A stretch of DNA of 64,000 nucleotides from Selaginella moellendorffii (taxonomy: Eukaryota > Plantae > Lycopodiophyta). Positions 50,078 to 62,669 of this stretch are shown piece after piece. Made by a program: the position numbers and the translations under genes. Under the pieces are notes generated by a model. The model searched no databases, had not been told where the DNA came from, and saw only the letters and a program-made list of their open reading frames with translations. The stretch is taken from positions 857,769 to 921,768 of the forward strand of contig NW_003314283.1 of the NCBI RefSeq assembly GCF_000143415.4, written 5' to 3'. Numbering within the stretch: position 1 is the stretch's first letter; each line of letters starts with the position of its first letter.

Positions 50078-50177
50078 NNNNNNNNNNNNNNNNNNNNNNN
50101 NNNNNNNNNNNNNNNNNNNNNNNNNNNNNNNNNNNNNNNNNNNNNNNNNNNNNNNNNNNNNNNNNNNNNNNNNNNNN
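50078..50177. other. Assembly gap (100 N) inside GC-rich repeats of cargo intron 1
   Basis: Run of Ns flanked by cctcggcccc/cccgaggtggc repeats. Confidence 0.99.
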
Positions 50178-50509
50178 GAAAACAGAGCTCCCGTGGCATT
50201 TCATCCCACCTCGGCCCCTCGGGCAGCAAAACTGCCCGAGGTGGCTGGCAGGAGCTCAACCTCGGGCACCTTTGCTCGCCGAGGGGCCGAGGTTATTTGA
50301 ATAACCTCGGCCCCTCGGCAAGCAAAACTGCCCGAGGTGGCCCGCCCGAGCTCGACCTCGGCCAGCAAAGAAGCAATCAAGAAAAAAAAAGGGAAGAAAT
50401 GGAATGGAAGCAATGGACTAAAAAAATGGAAGTGGAAGCAATCAAATCGAAACTCACCCTTGGCAGCATCTTTCCTCCCTCGATTTCTTGATCGTGCTAG
50501 ATTTCTTGT

Positions 50510-50835
50510 GCGCTCAATCTCTCCCGCTCGCACACTCAATCTCTCCCGCTCGCACACTCAATCTCTCCCGCTTGCGCACTCAATCTCTCCTGCTCGTGCA
50601 CTCAGTGAGCGCACTCAATCTCTCCTGCTCGCGCACTCAATCTCTCCCGCTCGCGCGCTCAATCTCTCCTGCTCACGCGCTCAATCTCTCCCACTCGCGT
50701 GCTCAAACTCTCCCGCTCACGCGCTCAATCTCTCGATCTCTTGCACGCTCAATCTCTCGATCTCTTGCACGCTCAATCGCTCGATCTCCTTCGCGCTCAA
50801 TCCCTCGATCTCCTTCACGCTCAATCTCTCGATCT
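50510..50835. repeat. Degenerate ~20-bp tandem repeat (ctcaatctctcccgctcgcg) upstream of the cargo gene
   Basis: Repeated ctcaatctctc units. Confidence 0.85.
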
Positions 50836-51735
50836 CTTGCGCGCTTCACTCACGATGCGAACAGTAACCTAATCTTGGCAGCTACCCTAACCCTAATCCT
50901 GACGGCTGCCCTAACCCTAACCAATCTCTAATCCTGGCCGTTCATTCCGAATAACCTAAATCTCAACCATCACAATATCTTTGATCTTATTTTATCTTAT
51001 CATTATTATTATATGTAAATTATGCTTCTTTATTTTGTATATTTTAGTGATGGTATAACTAGCACCTATCAACATTTCTGTTATTAGAGATATGATATTA
51101 TATTTTACAAATTATCTAGAAAGGATGCATTCTCATCACTATTTTGTACATATTTTGGAATCGTTACAAGAACTTCAAAGAGTATAAATAAGGCACGTTA
51201 AAATATGTTGTACTATATCCATCTATGAATGGATGAATCCTCATCCAGAATTTTATTTTGTACTGTATTAGATCCTAGCCAATAGGCATGTGCTTTAAAT
51301 GTCATTGAGCAGTGTTCACAATTATGGATAAAACTTGAGTTGTAATACGAATCAAATCTGTTATTGAAGAATAAGATTTGACAAGATTTATTATCATCTA
51401 CCACTCAAAATTTGACAACTTGACATATCACACGTGCTAATAGTTAGATTGGATCTCTTGGTTTGACACGTTATAGCAGAATGTCATTACTGGTATCATT
51501 ATTAACTATCAAACTTCACGTGCTGAAAATCTTTCCTTGGATCTATGTGTATACATGCATCAGACATCATAATAGATGACAGTAATATTAATACTGTCAC
51601 ACTTACACATGTTAAATTTGCTATAGAATTTACATTCATTTTGTACGTTGTCTTCTTATTACTCTATTTAAATTTCAATTATGTTTCACTATAGATTTTT
51701 ACAAGTAGCATAAAGAGAGAGAACTCCAAAACCTA

Positions 51736-54700
51736 TTGAGAAGGATGGAGAGGTTTCTTCTTCATTTTCGAGATCACCCACCTCTTTCATTCTCTCAGAG
51801 TATTGTTTCTGAAAGTTTTTTATGTCGGCGTTTTGATCTTCGTCTTGGCTCTATTTCTTTAGAGGCTGTGATCCGCAACGACACCGGTATAGTTGCATAC
51901 TCGGAGTTTCTTCTTTCTGGTGTGGGCGAGGGTGGACAACAATGGGATTTACAAAATTCCAAGTCGAAGGAGATTCGAGTGTTTGGATCTCCAGTCAAAA
52001 TGCCAAAATGCGCTCCAGCGAAAGTGAATGTGAAGCAAGAGTCAGTCGTTATCCTCTCGTCCTCTTCTAGTTCAAGTGAAGATGTCATGCTAGTGTCGGC
52101 GCCAAATTCACCAGCTCCAGCTCCAACTTCAGCAATATTCAAAGCCGTTAGCAATGCTTTCCAGTTTTCACGCCTCTCAATCGACGTGCACTTGTTTTTG
52201 TATAGGCTTGTGAGTGAGCTTCCATCCTCCTACAACGGCAACATTTTCTTCGAGCTACCACCTCTTGTCAGCAGCACAGGTTCCAAACGGAAGGGGATGG
52301 AAACCAAGCAGGATGTCCACAATTGGTGCAAGATCAAGACCACACACTTCCAACATTTTGAAGGCACAGTGTCTATAGTTCATTGTGGCGGGCATTTAGA
52401 TTGTGTGGATGAAGCATGCAATCGAGACCGCTCTAGAAACTCTATATTTTTCGAAGGGTCTGCAGTCAATCCTCCAGCCTGTGACACCATTGTTGTTAGA
52501 TTCAAATGTTGATTCTGCAAAAATGCTCCTCTATGTCGTGCTATCTGCGATGCCAAGATGTACTACTTTCTTCCACGGGATGGAGTGGCTGGAAGAGCTA
52601 TAGTGCATGTTGGCACACATATGCATCCAATGCAGGAAGGGATACAAAGGAGTTCTCTCAACCGTTTCAAAGATGCTGTACAGGAAGAGACTATGAGAAA
52701 CTCATCTGCAACTCTGAAGCATATTCAGAAGACCGTCCTCAAGGATTTTATCGCAAATACCTTACTCAATCCAGGTTGCCAAAAGACTCAACTAAACGAG
52801 ACTAGCTTGCGGGACTTACTACGAGGAGTACAACCTGCTACTAGCCTAAGGAGGTACATCCGTTATTTTTCATACGTTATAATAATAATTTTTTCTTACA
52901 TTATATTGTTTAGGATAAAATCTTGGATGTATGAATCTCGAGAGGGGAAGTTGCAATCAAAAATTGACTCCATCCTTGAATTGAAACGGACTTGTCCATA
53001 CGAGTTCATCCACGGAAGTTTGTTTCCAGACCAAGTTGTGAATGAGCAAGAGCACCCCTTCATCTTCAAAATGTCTACCATGGGCCCTGCCTCTGGCGTA
53101 GATCTTGTCTCCTGAATGGACATGTTTGGGTCCAGTGACCTTGCAAATGCATGGGTACATTTTGACCATATGGAGCATGTATCCGGTTGGACAACCATGG
53201 GAGCTTATGTGTATGATCCAAGGTAATTTTTATTCTCATTATATTGAAATTGTTATAATATTTATGTTTTTATAGGCTACGTTGTAATTTAACAATTGCG
53301 ACAGCAGAGTTTAAAGTACAAGACCAGACAGCACAGGAAATATTTTGGAAGTCCCTCTCTGATATTGTCCTAAAGCGGACTGGTAAGCTTGCAAACTTTC
53401 GTGGTTTCATGGCAGATGGGGCTGGTGCAAACTAGAATGGTATCTGAGCAGTTTTTGGGAATGGTCAACCATTGGAAGGTCGTGAGAGGACTTGTGAGTT
53501 CCATTGGGCTCAAAGCCTAAACCAGCACTGCCACCTTATCAAGCCAGAGTTTCAATCAATATTTAAGGAGTTGTGCAAACAATGGCAGGTTGCACCTTCT
53601 AAAGAAGAGCATGAGGCAAAAGCAAACGAGATCCGAATGTGGTGGTGTGAAGATGGCCATACAGATGTAAGTTGCCTACCACAACTTGAGTCATGGTTAG
53701 GATGGTGGGAAGTTAGGATGTTCCAATGGGGATATCACTCTTTTCAGGTTGGTTTATATTTTTTCTTCTCCTTTTATTACCTTTTAATATTGCCTTTTCC
53801 ATTAGGATCAACCACTTGAGGACCTCGCATACACCCCAACTGTGAATCTCTCCGAAAGTAAGCATTGGAGTTGGCGTTCCTCTGAGGCAGGGAAAGGGAA
53901 GATGAGTCTATACGAAGCCTGTCTATCAGATTTGATACGTGCTATAGAGCAATCTTCAAAAGCACTGGCATTCGAGGAAGGAAGATACATGGGAACAGGG
54001 CCTTCTGTTGAGATGTTACATGATAAGATGAAGAGAAAATTAACTCCACCCACCCGAACAGTGGCAACTGCAGTTGAGGAAGTGGTCCGTGGCACATCTA
54101 TGGAGTACACTCCCCGAGCTTCTATTGGTGATATGAAGACTGTCCGCTCAAAGCGTCGTTTTTCCTTTGCTGGGGAAGATGTTGGTACGGACCTTGGAGC
54201 AAAAAGCTCCCACAGGCCTGATGTCGAGTACCATTCTGCTCCAAGACACCGCTCTCGGACTGAGCCACCTCAAGTGGCTGATGAAGAGAGTGCATCGCAA
54301 CAGGTTGAAATTGCTTACCGTAGCGTGGAGCCGAAGCAATGGGCAATCCGACGTGTGCCAGCAAAATCAAATGTAAGGTGTGTGGGGATGCTTCCGAGGG
54401 GCAAGTGTTGGGCCTGGATTCGTGGTGAAAAATCTGCTTCTGTTCCAGCCCCATGTTTCTATGGGGAATGAAAGCAAGCAGGATTTTCAAGATGGTGCTG
54501 GCTATATTGTTGCAACACCGACGCTAACCATACGAAGCGGCTTGAAGACACTATAGTGACTAAACCTGATGCAGTACCTAAAGAATGGCCGGTTGCTAAT
54601 AGGGTCGCGCTCACCTCGGATGAGATTGAAAACCTTGAGAAATCTGGTTTTAATCTTGAGAGGAGAGTTGGAGACATGAGTGACAGGAGCAGGACTATTC

Positions 54701-55083
54701 CTACAGAAATGCACAGGAGGCCAGCACGAAAAGGTAAAGCAGTTAAATTTATTGGTACCGTCTCTAAGCAGAAGCAAGGTAAAATAAACTTGGCTCAAAC
54801 ACTTGAGTGTGAGATTCTCTCCACGAAGTACATCACTGCGCTTGCAAAGGAGTACATAGTCAAAACAGAAGGTGGAGAGTACACAATTGCCATTCACGAC
54901 TTTCCTTCTTGCACATGTCCAGACTTTACGAAGCGCGAGGAACATGAGAAGGCATATGCTCCTTGCAAGCATATGTACTACATCTTCATCAACATCTTGC
55001 ACCAGGATCCTAAAGTGGATATTCATATACACCAAGCAAGCCTTACTATTGCTGAGTTGCAGAAAACTTTTGGAGCTAATTAG
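51736..55083 (+). pseudogene. MULE transposase (GCM/WRKY-like Zn domain, DDE core, SWIM finger), spliced, with premature stops
   Basis: HNWCKIKTT...C..C...HVGTHMHP; FMADGAGAN...VFG...CEFHWAQSL; CTCPDF...PCKH. Stops at ~52510, 53113, 53433, 53444 and 54469, mostly where MULE-2 has CGA/CGG/TGG. Confidence 0.88.
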
Positions 55084-55174
55084 ATTTCTCCAACACTATC
55101 GATGTTTATTCTCTATCAATAAAACTTATTATACTTTATATAATTAATACAAATGTGCTTTTTCATTTCACTTT

Positions 55175-55627
55175 TCATTTTATATGCTTCCGAGTGTTCT
55201 TCTCGCAATACTGCCCATAGTACTCGTGTGTCTCCATTTCTGTCTTTACCATCTCAAAAAAGATTTCATGGTAGTCTTTCGGGTGCGTGATGTTGCAGTG
55301 TGTCGCAAGAGCATATATACCATCATATTGATCATTGCCATTGTTTCCACCAGACGCTAGAAAACATATGGGGCACTTCTTGAAAGTGGCAGAATTGCAC
55401 TTTTCTAAAACAAGTAAGAGGGCATTCTTTTTCACCCAATTTGTTGCACCCTCTGTCATTGCATTTATCTCCAACTCATGATCACTATCCTCACTATCCT
55501 CTCTTTCATTCTCTTGTGTGATTTGGTTATGCTGTGTAATGGGATAATTATTGCATCTCCTAGCCCTTGAGCCCTGGGAAGAAAGATTGTGAGAGTTAAA
55601 ATTACCAACACTAGAACCCATAGACAT
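55175..55627 (-). CDS. Small C2H2 (zf-XS-like) zinc-finger protein, MULE cargo
   Basis: CPICFLASGGNNGNDQYDGIYALATHCNITHPKDYH...EMETHEYY. A 5'-deleted remnant lies in MULE-2 at ~59113-59260. Confidence 0.6.
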   Translation of the reverse strand: MSMGSSVGNFNSHNLSSQGSRARRCNNYPITQHNQITQENEREDSEDSDHELEINAMTEGATNWVKKNALLLVLEKCNSATFKKCPICFLASGGNNGNDQYDGIYALATHCNITHPKDYHEIFFEMVKTEMETHEYYGQYCEKNTRKHIK

Positions 55628-56531
55628 TTGTGGGTGTATTTCCCTTTTTTCGAATGAGAGTGTGAATGAAGATCTATAAATTCTAGACAGTATGCTACGA
55701 CAAACCCCTCAAGAATGTATTCTACAAAGAACCAAGTCTTTCTTTTATATGCAATAAGCTTACATCAACGGTTATTTTTTTTCCTTTCAAACGGTTATAT
55801 GGCTTCACATAGAATCTTATTTCAAATTTAATAATTTTTTAATTCTGACAAACCTAACATTTACTAGCCAGAAAGCATAGAGTACAAATTTAAAGAAGTG
55901 ACAAGAATACTCTTTTTTCAAACATTTTATTTTATGTTCTAACAAATGTCCCTATCATTGCATGTAGTAAATATTTAAATTATTAGAACAAAATGTGTTC
56001 TTTAGAACATTTTTATCTATATAATATATAGAGAGTTATTAAATTATTAGGTTTGCCATAACCTTAAAATTTTAAAATTTATAATGTTTGTACTAAATTA
56101 CAATTGAAAATTGAGCTCAACTCGTGAGCTCAACTCTTCAACTCGTGAGCTCAAGTATGGTCCGCGCCCGAAGGTAACTACCTAAGACTTCTTATTAGGA
56201 TAAAAAAGTTAGATATACCCTTATGAGGGATAAATTGCTTATACTGCGAGATAGTAAGTCAATGTCGTAAAGGGAATGCTCATTGCCAAATAAGCCATCA
56301 TTGGGACACCTAAGCACTCTAGAACACCAGAAGGTGGTGTTTGGTGTCATGAGGGCAATGGATAATGCCCAAAGGACAAAGTCCCTAACAAATGAAGGAT
56401 AGAAGGTGCTATCCAAATGTTTAAGGTTGTGGAGACGGGAGAAGTCCGTCTACCTAAATTGGACAAAGCCAAAGAGGGATTTTGACAAGGTTAGTGATGG
56501 GCATATAAAGGCCCATAAGTAACAATAGTAA

Positions 56532-56617
56532 TCCTCTAAACTAGGAAGATAACTTTGCACTTTCTACCATGCCAAGGCATGGTAGAAAGTGCAAAGTTAT
56601 CTTCCTAGTTTAGAGGA
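56532..56617. repeat. Perfect hairpin, 42-bp arms with a 2-nt loop
   Basis: tcctctaaactaggaagataactttgcactttctaccatgcc-aa-ggcatggtagaaagtgcaaagttatcttcctagtttagagga. Confidence 0.95.
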
Positions 56618-59353
56618 GAATGACCAAAGGAAATGTATGATGCCAAAAAGCAAGTAATAAAGGGATAGAACTGAACCATAGGAATTGACAAGCATGACCA
56701 AGGGTGGTTATGCAAGTTGGGAGTGGAAAATCAAGTGGGTGCTCAAGTATGTTATTACTAACGACTGGGATGCTATGGAGAGTCTAAAACATGGGATTGT
56801 CCATGTTAGACTATATGGCAATTAGAAAGTTTATGAAAGGAGAGACTTTAGCAAGCTAAGGAACAGAGTTCTTTGAACGTTCCCCCTAGGTAGATAAGTA
56901 CCTAGACGTCCAAGTGTAAATGGTTTATAGAGCGCATGAAATCAGAGTGGCGCAACAGAAGCGTGGTCTTGAAGCTTGCCGAAAGGCGAGGCTATCAAGG
57001 TGAGGGAAGTAATTCCCGAGTGTTCAAAGAGAGGGCTTTGATCAAAAGTCAATGGTTAAGGACTTTCACGCTTATGCATGAACCATGTTATGGTGGTCGG
57101 ATGACTTGCTAAGTGAGATTAGCAAGTCGAGGGAACAAATACCCTAGTTGAAGGAGCCAACTTCAAAGGGGTGGCCAATAGGGCCAAGCATGGAGGAGTC
57201 TATGCATGATCACAAACATGTCAAGTGAGAGGAATTGGCAGTGCGGAGGAACTATGTTCCTAAGTTGTGATTTGTAGCGCGCTTTAAGTATATGTTGGTG
57301 CACCGATGTGGGGAGTCACGCCAGAAATCCTATGTGATGCCATCCGTAAATGCATATATAGAGGTTGGGTTCGAGTCTCGACCCTCTAATGCTTGGGTTC
57401 GAGTCCCAATTCACTAGGGCGAGGTGATGGTTTGGAATATGAAGACACTCATTTTTTGGTGGTCATGGACTCTTAGTAAGGAGACTAGCTTGGGCACACC
57501 GCCAAGTGGGGGATGCCCCGGAGTCGTGATACACGGTTAAATTGCTTAGTGTGAAAGCTCGGCATATCTAATTTGAATACTTTGGTGCAAGTGGCACCAA
57601 GGACGTGGTGAATAAGATGGGGACACCCAGTCTTAGTTGCTATGGACCCTTGGCCGGAAGGGCTAGCTTGGGTGCACCTCCAAGTGTGGGGGATGCCCTC
57701 GGGGTCATGGTGAACAACTTAAAGGTCTGGAAGACTTAGTACCTATTGGCAAACCTGTTAAGGTGCCAAGGTTAAATCACTAGGTGATCTTATGGCTAAA
57801 ACAAGGGTAAGGTTTAAAGGATAAAGTTCCAAGTTCAAAGTGTTGATTGGAACTATTGATAATGGTGTGGCTTGGTCAAAGTGACCAAGCGGGAAAAACA
57901 CCTAAGGGAAATGAGCTATATCAATGTGATGGCATAGTCAATCCAAGGAAAGTAGTCTCTATAAAGGATCTATGGGAGGGTCTCAACGTTAGGCCGTGGA
58001 TAGAGCCCATGGTGGAAAATGTTAAAGAGACATACTAAAGGGTGAACACCCTCTGGACATAGGAAAGTAAAGTGTTTGTTATGGAACCAAAAGGATACCT
58101 TGAGAATGGAGGTAGCGATCCCATGTTGCTGGGTGCAACAATCAAGGATAGAAGCAAAAGACTAGTGGCTAAGAAAAGAGCCATAGGAATCATGGGAAAG
58201 AATCCAAATGGCAAAGTTAAGCCAAGAACAAAAAGATGTTGAGGGCTAACGAATTGTGGGAAAGGCAATGTGTTCCCAAGAATGGATTCCCAATTGCTCC
58301 GATTTGGCGAAAGTGGAAGCTCCAAAGGTGGGAATGGTAAGGTAGCCAAATGATAGGGTTGTGGACAACTCTAGCACAAATCATGATTATTGAAACTTAG
58401 TGCTAAATGTGGCACGAAATTAAAGAGGGGATGATAGTGCCCTCAAGTAGAGAACTTCCTAGGATGGGGAAGTGGAGATGCACAATATGTGCAATGCAAG
58501 GTGTTGGAGACACCCAGGAAACTGACTTCAAGAAATCAGAATTAAAAGTTCCAAAGTGCAAGGGTTATATCAATGGAAAGTGAGACTACTCAAGAATGAA
58601 TAGTGGGATTGAGTTAGAGAAGGTGTCTCTAACAGGTTTAGCAAGAACTAAACCAATAAAAAGAGAGAACCACCACAAGTGGTCAAATGAGTCTCTAAGC
58701 TGGAAAGACTATGCTCCTTAGGAGCGTGGACCATACTTGAGCTCACGAGCTGAAGAGTTGAGCTCACGAGTTGAGCTCAATTTTCAATTGTAATTTAGTA
58801 CAAACATTATAAACTTTAAAATTTTAAAGTTATGGCGAACTTAATAATTTCATAACTCTCTATATATTATATAGATAAAAATGTTTTCTTGTTTTAATAA
58901 TTTAAATATTTACTACATGCAATAATAGAGACGTTTGTTAGAATATAAAATAAAATGTTTGCAAAAAGAGTATTCTTGTCACTTCTTTAAATTTGTACTC
59001 TGTGCTTTCTAGCTAGTAAATGTCAGGTTCATCAGAATTTTTAAATTATTAAATTTGAATTAAGATTCTATATAAGGCCATATAACCATTTGAAAGGAAA
59101 AAAAAAAACTGTGATGGTACATATGCTCTCACAATACATTGTAACATCATACACTCGAAAGACTATCACGAAATATTTTTTGAGAAGGTAAAGACAAAAT
59201 TGAAGACTCACAAATACTATGGGTAGTATTGCGAAAAGAACCTTACAAGTATATGAAATGAAAAGTGAAATAATAAAATATTTTTATTAATTATATAAGG
59301 TATAATTAGTTTATATTATTGATAGAGAATAAACATCGATAGTGCTGGAAAAT

Positions 59354-62300
59354 CTAATTAGCTCCAAAAGTTTTCTGCAACTCAACAATAGTAAGGCTTG
59401 CTTGGTGTATATGAATATCCACTTTAGGATCCTGGTGCAAAATGTTGATGAAGATATAGTACATATGCTTGCAAGAAGCATATGCCTTCCCATGTTCCTC
59501 ACGCTTCGTAAAGTCTGGATATGTGCAAGAAGGAAAGTCTTGAATGGCAATTGTGTACTCTCCACCTTCTGTTTTGACTATGTACTCCTTTGTGAGCGCA
59601 GTGATGTACTTCGTGGAGAGAATCTCACACTCAAGTGTTTGAGCCAAGTTTATTTTACCTTGCTTCTGCTTGGAGACGGTACCAATAAATTTAACTGCCT
59701 TACCTTTTCGTGCTGGCCTCCTGTGCATCTCTGTAGGAATAGTCTTGGTTCTGTCACTCATATCTCCAACTCTCCTCTCAAGATTGAAACCAAATTTCTC
59801 AAGATTTTCAATCTCATCCGAGGTGAGCGCAACCCCATTAGCAACCGGCCATTCTTTAGGTACTACATCAGGTTTAGTCACTATAGTGTCTTCAAGCCGC
59901 TTTGTATGGTTGACATCAGAGTTATAGCAACACCATCTTGAAAATCTTGCTTGCTTTCGTTCCCCATGGAAACATGGGGCTGGAACAGAAGCAGACTTAT
60001 CACCACGGATCCAAGCCCAACACTTGCCCCTTGGAAGCATCCCCACACACCTTACATTTGATTTCGCTGGCACTCGACGGATTGCCCATTGCTTCGGCTC
60101 CACACTACAATAAGCAATTTCAACCTGCTGTGATGCACTTTCTTCATCAGCCACTTGAAGTGGTTCGGTTCTAGGGCGATGTCTTAGAGCAGAATGATAC
60201 TCAACATCAGGCCTGTGAGAGCTTTTTGCTCCAAGATCCGTGCCAACATCTTCACCAGCAAAGGAAAATCGACGCTTTGAGCGGACAGTCTTCATATCAC
60301 CAATAGAAGCCCGAGGAGTGTTCTCCATAGATGTGCCGCGGACCACTTCCTCCACTGCAGTTGCCATTGTCCATGCTGGTGGAGTCACTTTCTTCTTCAT
60401 CCGATCGTGTAACATCTCAACCGAAGGTCCTGTTCCCATGTATCTTCCTTCCTCAAATGCCAAGGCTTTTGAAGACTGCTCTACAGCGCGTATCAAATCT
60501 GATAGACATGCTTCATATAGACTCATCTTCCCTTTCCCTGCCTCAGAGGAACGCCAGCTCCAATGTTTACTCTCTGAGAGATTCACAGTTGAGGTGTATG
60601 CAAGATCCTCAAGTGGTTGATCCTTATAAAAAGATGATATTAAAAAGCAATAAAAAGAGAGGAAAAAAAGAAAAACCAACCTGAAAAGAGTGATGTCCCC
60701 ATTGGAACATTCTAACTTCCCACCACCCCAACCACGACTCAAGTTGTGGTAGACAACTTACGTCAGTATGGCCATCTTCACACCACCACATTCGGATCTC
60801 GTTTGTTTTTGCCTCATGCTCTTCTTCAGAAGGTGCAGCCTGCCATTGTTTGCACAACTCCTTAAATGCTAATTGGAAATCTGGCTTGATAAGGTGGCAG
60901 TGTTGGTTTAGGCTCTAAGCCCAATGGAACTCACATGTCCTCTTACGACCTTCTAGGGGTAGACCATTCCCAAAGACTGCCCGGACACCATTCCAATTAG
61001 CCCCAGCCCCATCTGCCATGAAACCGCGAAAGTTGGCAGGCTTACCAGTCCGCTTCAATACAATGTCGGAGAGGGACTTCCAAAATATTTCTTGAGCCAT
61101 CTAGTCTTGTACTTTAAACTCTACCATTGCAATTGTCAAGTTACAATGTAGCCTGTGAAAAGTGCAATATTTAAAACCATTTTAAGATAATGAGAAAAAA
61201 AACTACCTTGGATCATACACATGAGCTCCCATGGTTGTCCAACCTGCCACCCGCTCCATATGGTCAAAATGTACCCATGCATTAGCAAGGTCACTCGACC
61301 CAGACATATCCATTCGGGAAACAAGATCCACACCAGAGGCAGGGCTCATGGTAGACATTTTGAAAACAAAAGGGCGCTCTTGCTCACTAACGACTTGATC
61401 TGGAAATAAACTCCCATGGATAAACTCATAGGGATAAGTCCGTTTTAGTTCAAGGATTGAGTCGATTTTTTATTGGAGTTTCCCCTCTCGAGATTCACAC
61501 ATCCAAGACTTTATCCTAAATAAAACAAAATGTAAGAGAGATATTATTGAAAAGTATGTAATAATATTTTCATACCTTCTAAGGCTAGTTGCAGGTTGCA
61601 CATGTCGTAGTAACTCCCGCAAGCTAGCCTCATCTAGTTGAGTATTCTTGTAGTCCGGATCAAGTAAAGTATTTGCGATAAAAGCCTTGAGCACTGTCTT
61701 CTGAACATGCTTCGGAGTTGCATATGAGTTTCTCACAGTCTCTATTTGCACTGCATCTTTGAAATGGTTGACTGAACTCCTTTGTATCCCTTCCTGCATT
61801 AGATGTGTATGCGTGCCAATATGTACTGTAGCTCTACCAACCTCTCCATCCCGTGGAAGAAAATAGTACATCTTGGCCCTGCAGATGGCACGACACAATG
61901 GAACATTCTTGCAAAACCGACACTTGAATCCAACACCAATGGTGTCACAGAGGGGAGGATTGGTTGCAGATCCTTCAAAAAATATGGAGTTTTTACCGCA
62001 CTCTTGATTGCATGCTTTATTCACACAATCCAAATACCCACCACAATGAACCATGGACACTGTGCCTTCGAAATGCTGGAAATGTGTGGTCTTGATCTTG
62101 CACCAGTTGTGGACATCCTGCTTCGTCTCCATCCCCTTTCGTTTTGAGCTGACAAGAGGTGGTAGTTCAAAGAAGATATTGCCATTGTATGTAGATAGGA
62201 GCTCGCTAACGAGCCTATGCAGAAAGGAACGCACGTCGATAGAGAGGCGGGAAAACTGGAAAGCGTTGCAAACAGCTTGGAATATTAGTGAAGTTGGAGT

Positions 62301-62669
62301 TTGGAAATTCTTGGCTTGCACTGGACTAACATCTCCACTAGAACTAGAAGAGGAAGAAATGATGACGACCGACTCTTGCTTCACATTCACTTTAGCAGGA
62401 TCATAGCCTCGCACTTTGATTGGAGATCCAAAAACTCGAATCTCTTTTGACTTGGAATGTTGCAAATCCCAATGTTGTCCACCTTCACCTACACCCGAAA
62501 GAAGAAATTCTGATCGTTCAACTACACCAATGTTGTTGCGAATCATAGCTTCCAATGAAATAGAACCGAGAGAAAGATCGAAACGTCGGCAAAGAAAACT
62601 TTCTGAAATAAGACTCTGGGAGATAGAAAGCAGTGGGTGATCTTGGTAATGCAAAAGGAAGCCCTCCAT
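59354..62669 (-). pseudogene. MULE-2 transposase with premature stops
   Basis: Close paralog of 51736-55083. Stops at ~61470, 61101 and 60915. SWIM altered to CTYP. Confidence 0.85.

Larger units (their letters stand above)
38406..50469 (-). pseudogene. Multi-exon ParB-like + N4C/N6A (beta-class) DNA methyltransferase-like gene, disrupted by an LTR insertion
   Basis: Micro-exon MLPR at 50469-50458 splices to KRKIV at 49915. Pro-rich tract, then ParB-like IPLCRLQ...VR...FQIIDGNHRYGAW. The frame rejoins across the LTR TSD (HGQ|PYFMRC). Then ADFILFDFPDG (motif IV-like) and QTPSAMQVLLELYCPPDGIVIDCIASSGSMVEAARDSGRSVFAIE (motifs X-I-II). Confidence 0.75.
36272..56169 (+). mobile_element. Mutator-like element (MULE-1), ~12 kb net of the nested LTR element, with cargo genes
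   Basis: 8-bp TSD GAAGGTAA at 36264-36271 and 56170-56177. G-rich imperfect TIRs with repeated gagttgagctca. MULE/SWIM transposase at 51736-55083. Confidence 0.87.
34985..58721 (+). mobile_element. INT2 of copy A, present as 34985-36271 and 56170-58721, split by MULE insertions
   Basis: Colinear with INT1. Broken at gaaggtaa (INT1 ~18230) and again at atgctccttag (INT1 ~20830). Confidence 0.82.

Noticed and set aside
49845-50491. ORFs spanning the N gap
   Set aside because: Artefacts of the assembly gap. The region is better explained as intron 1 of the cargo gene.
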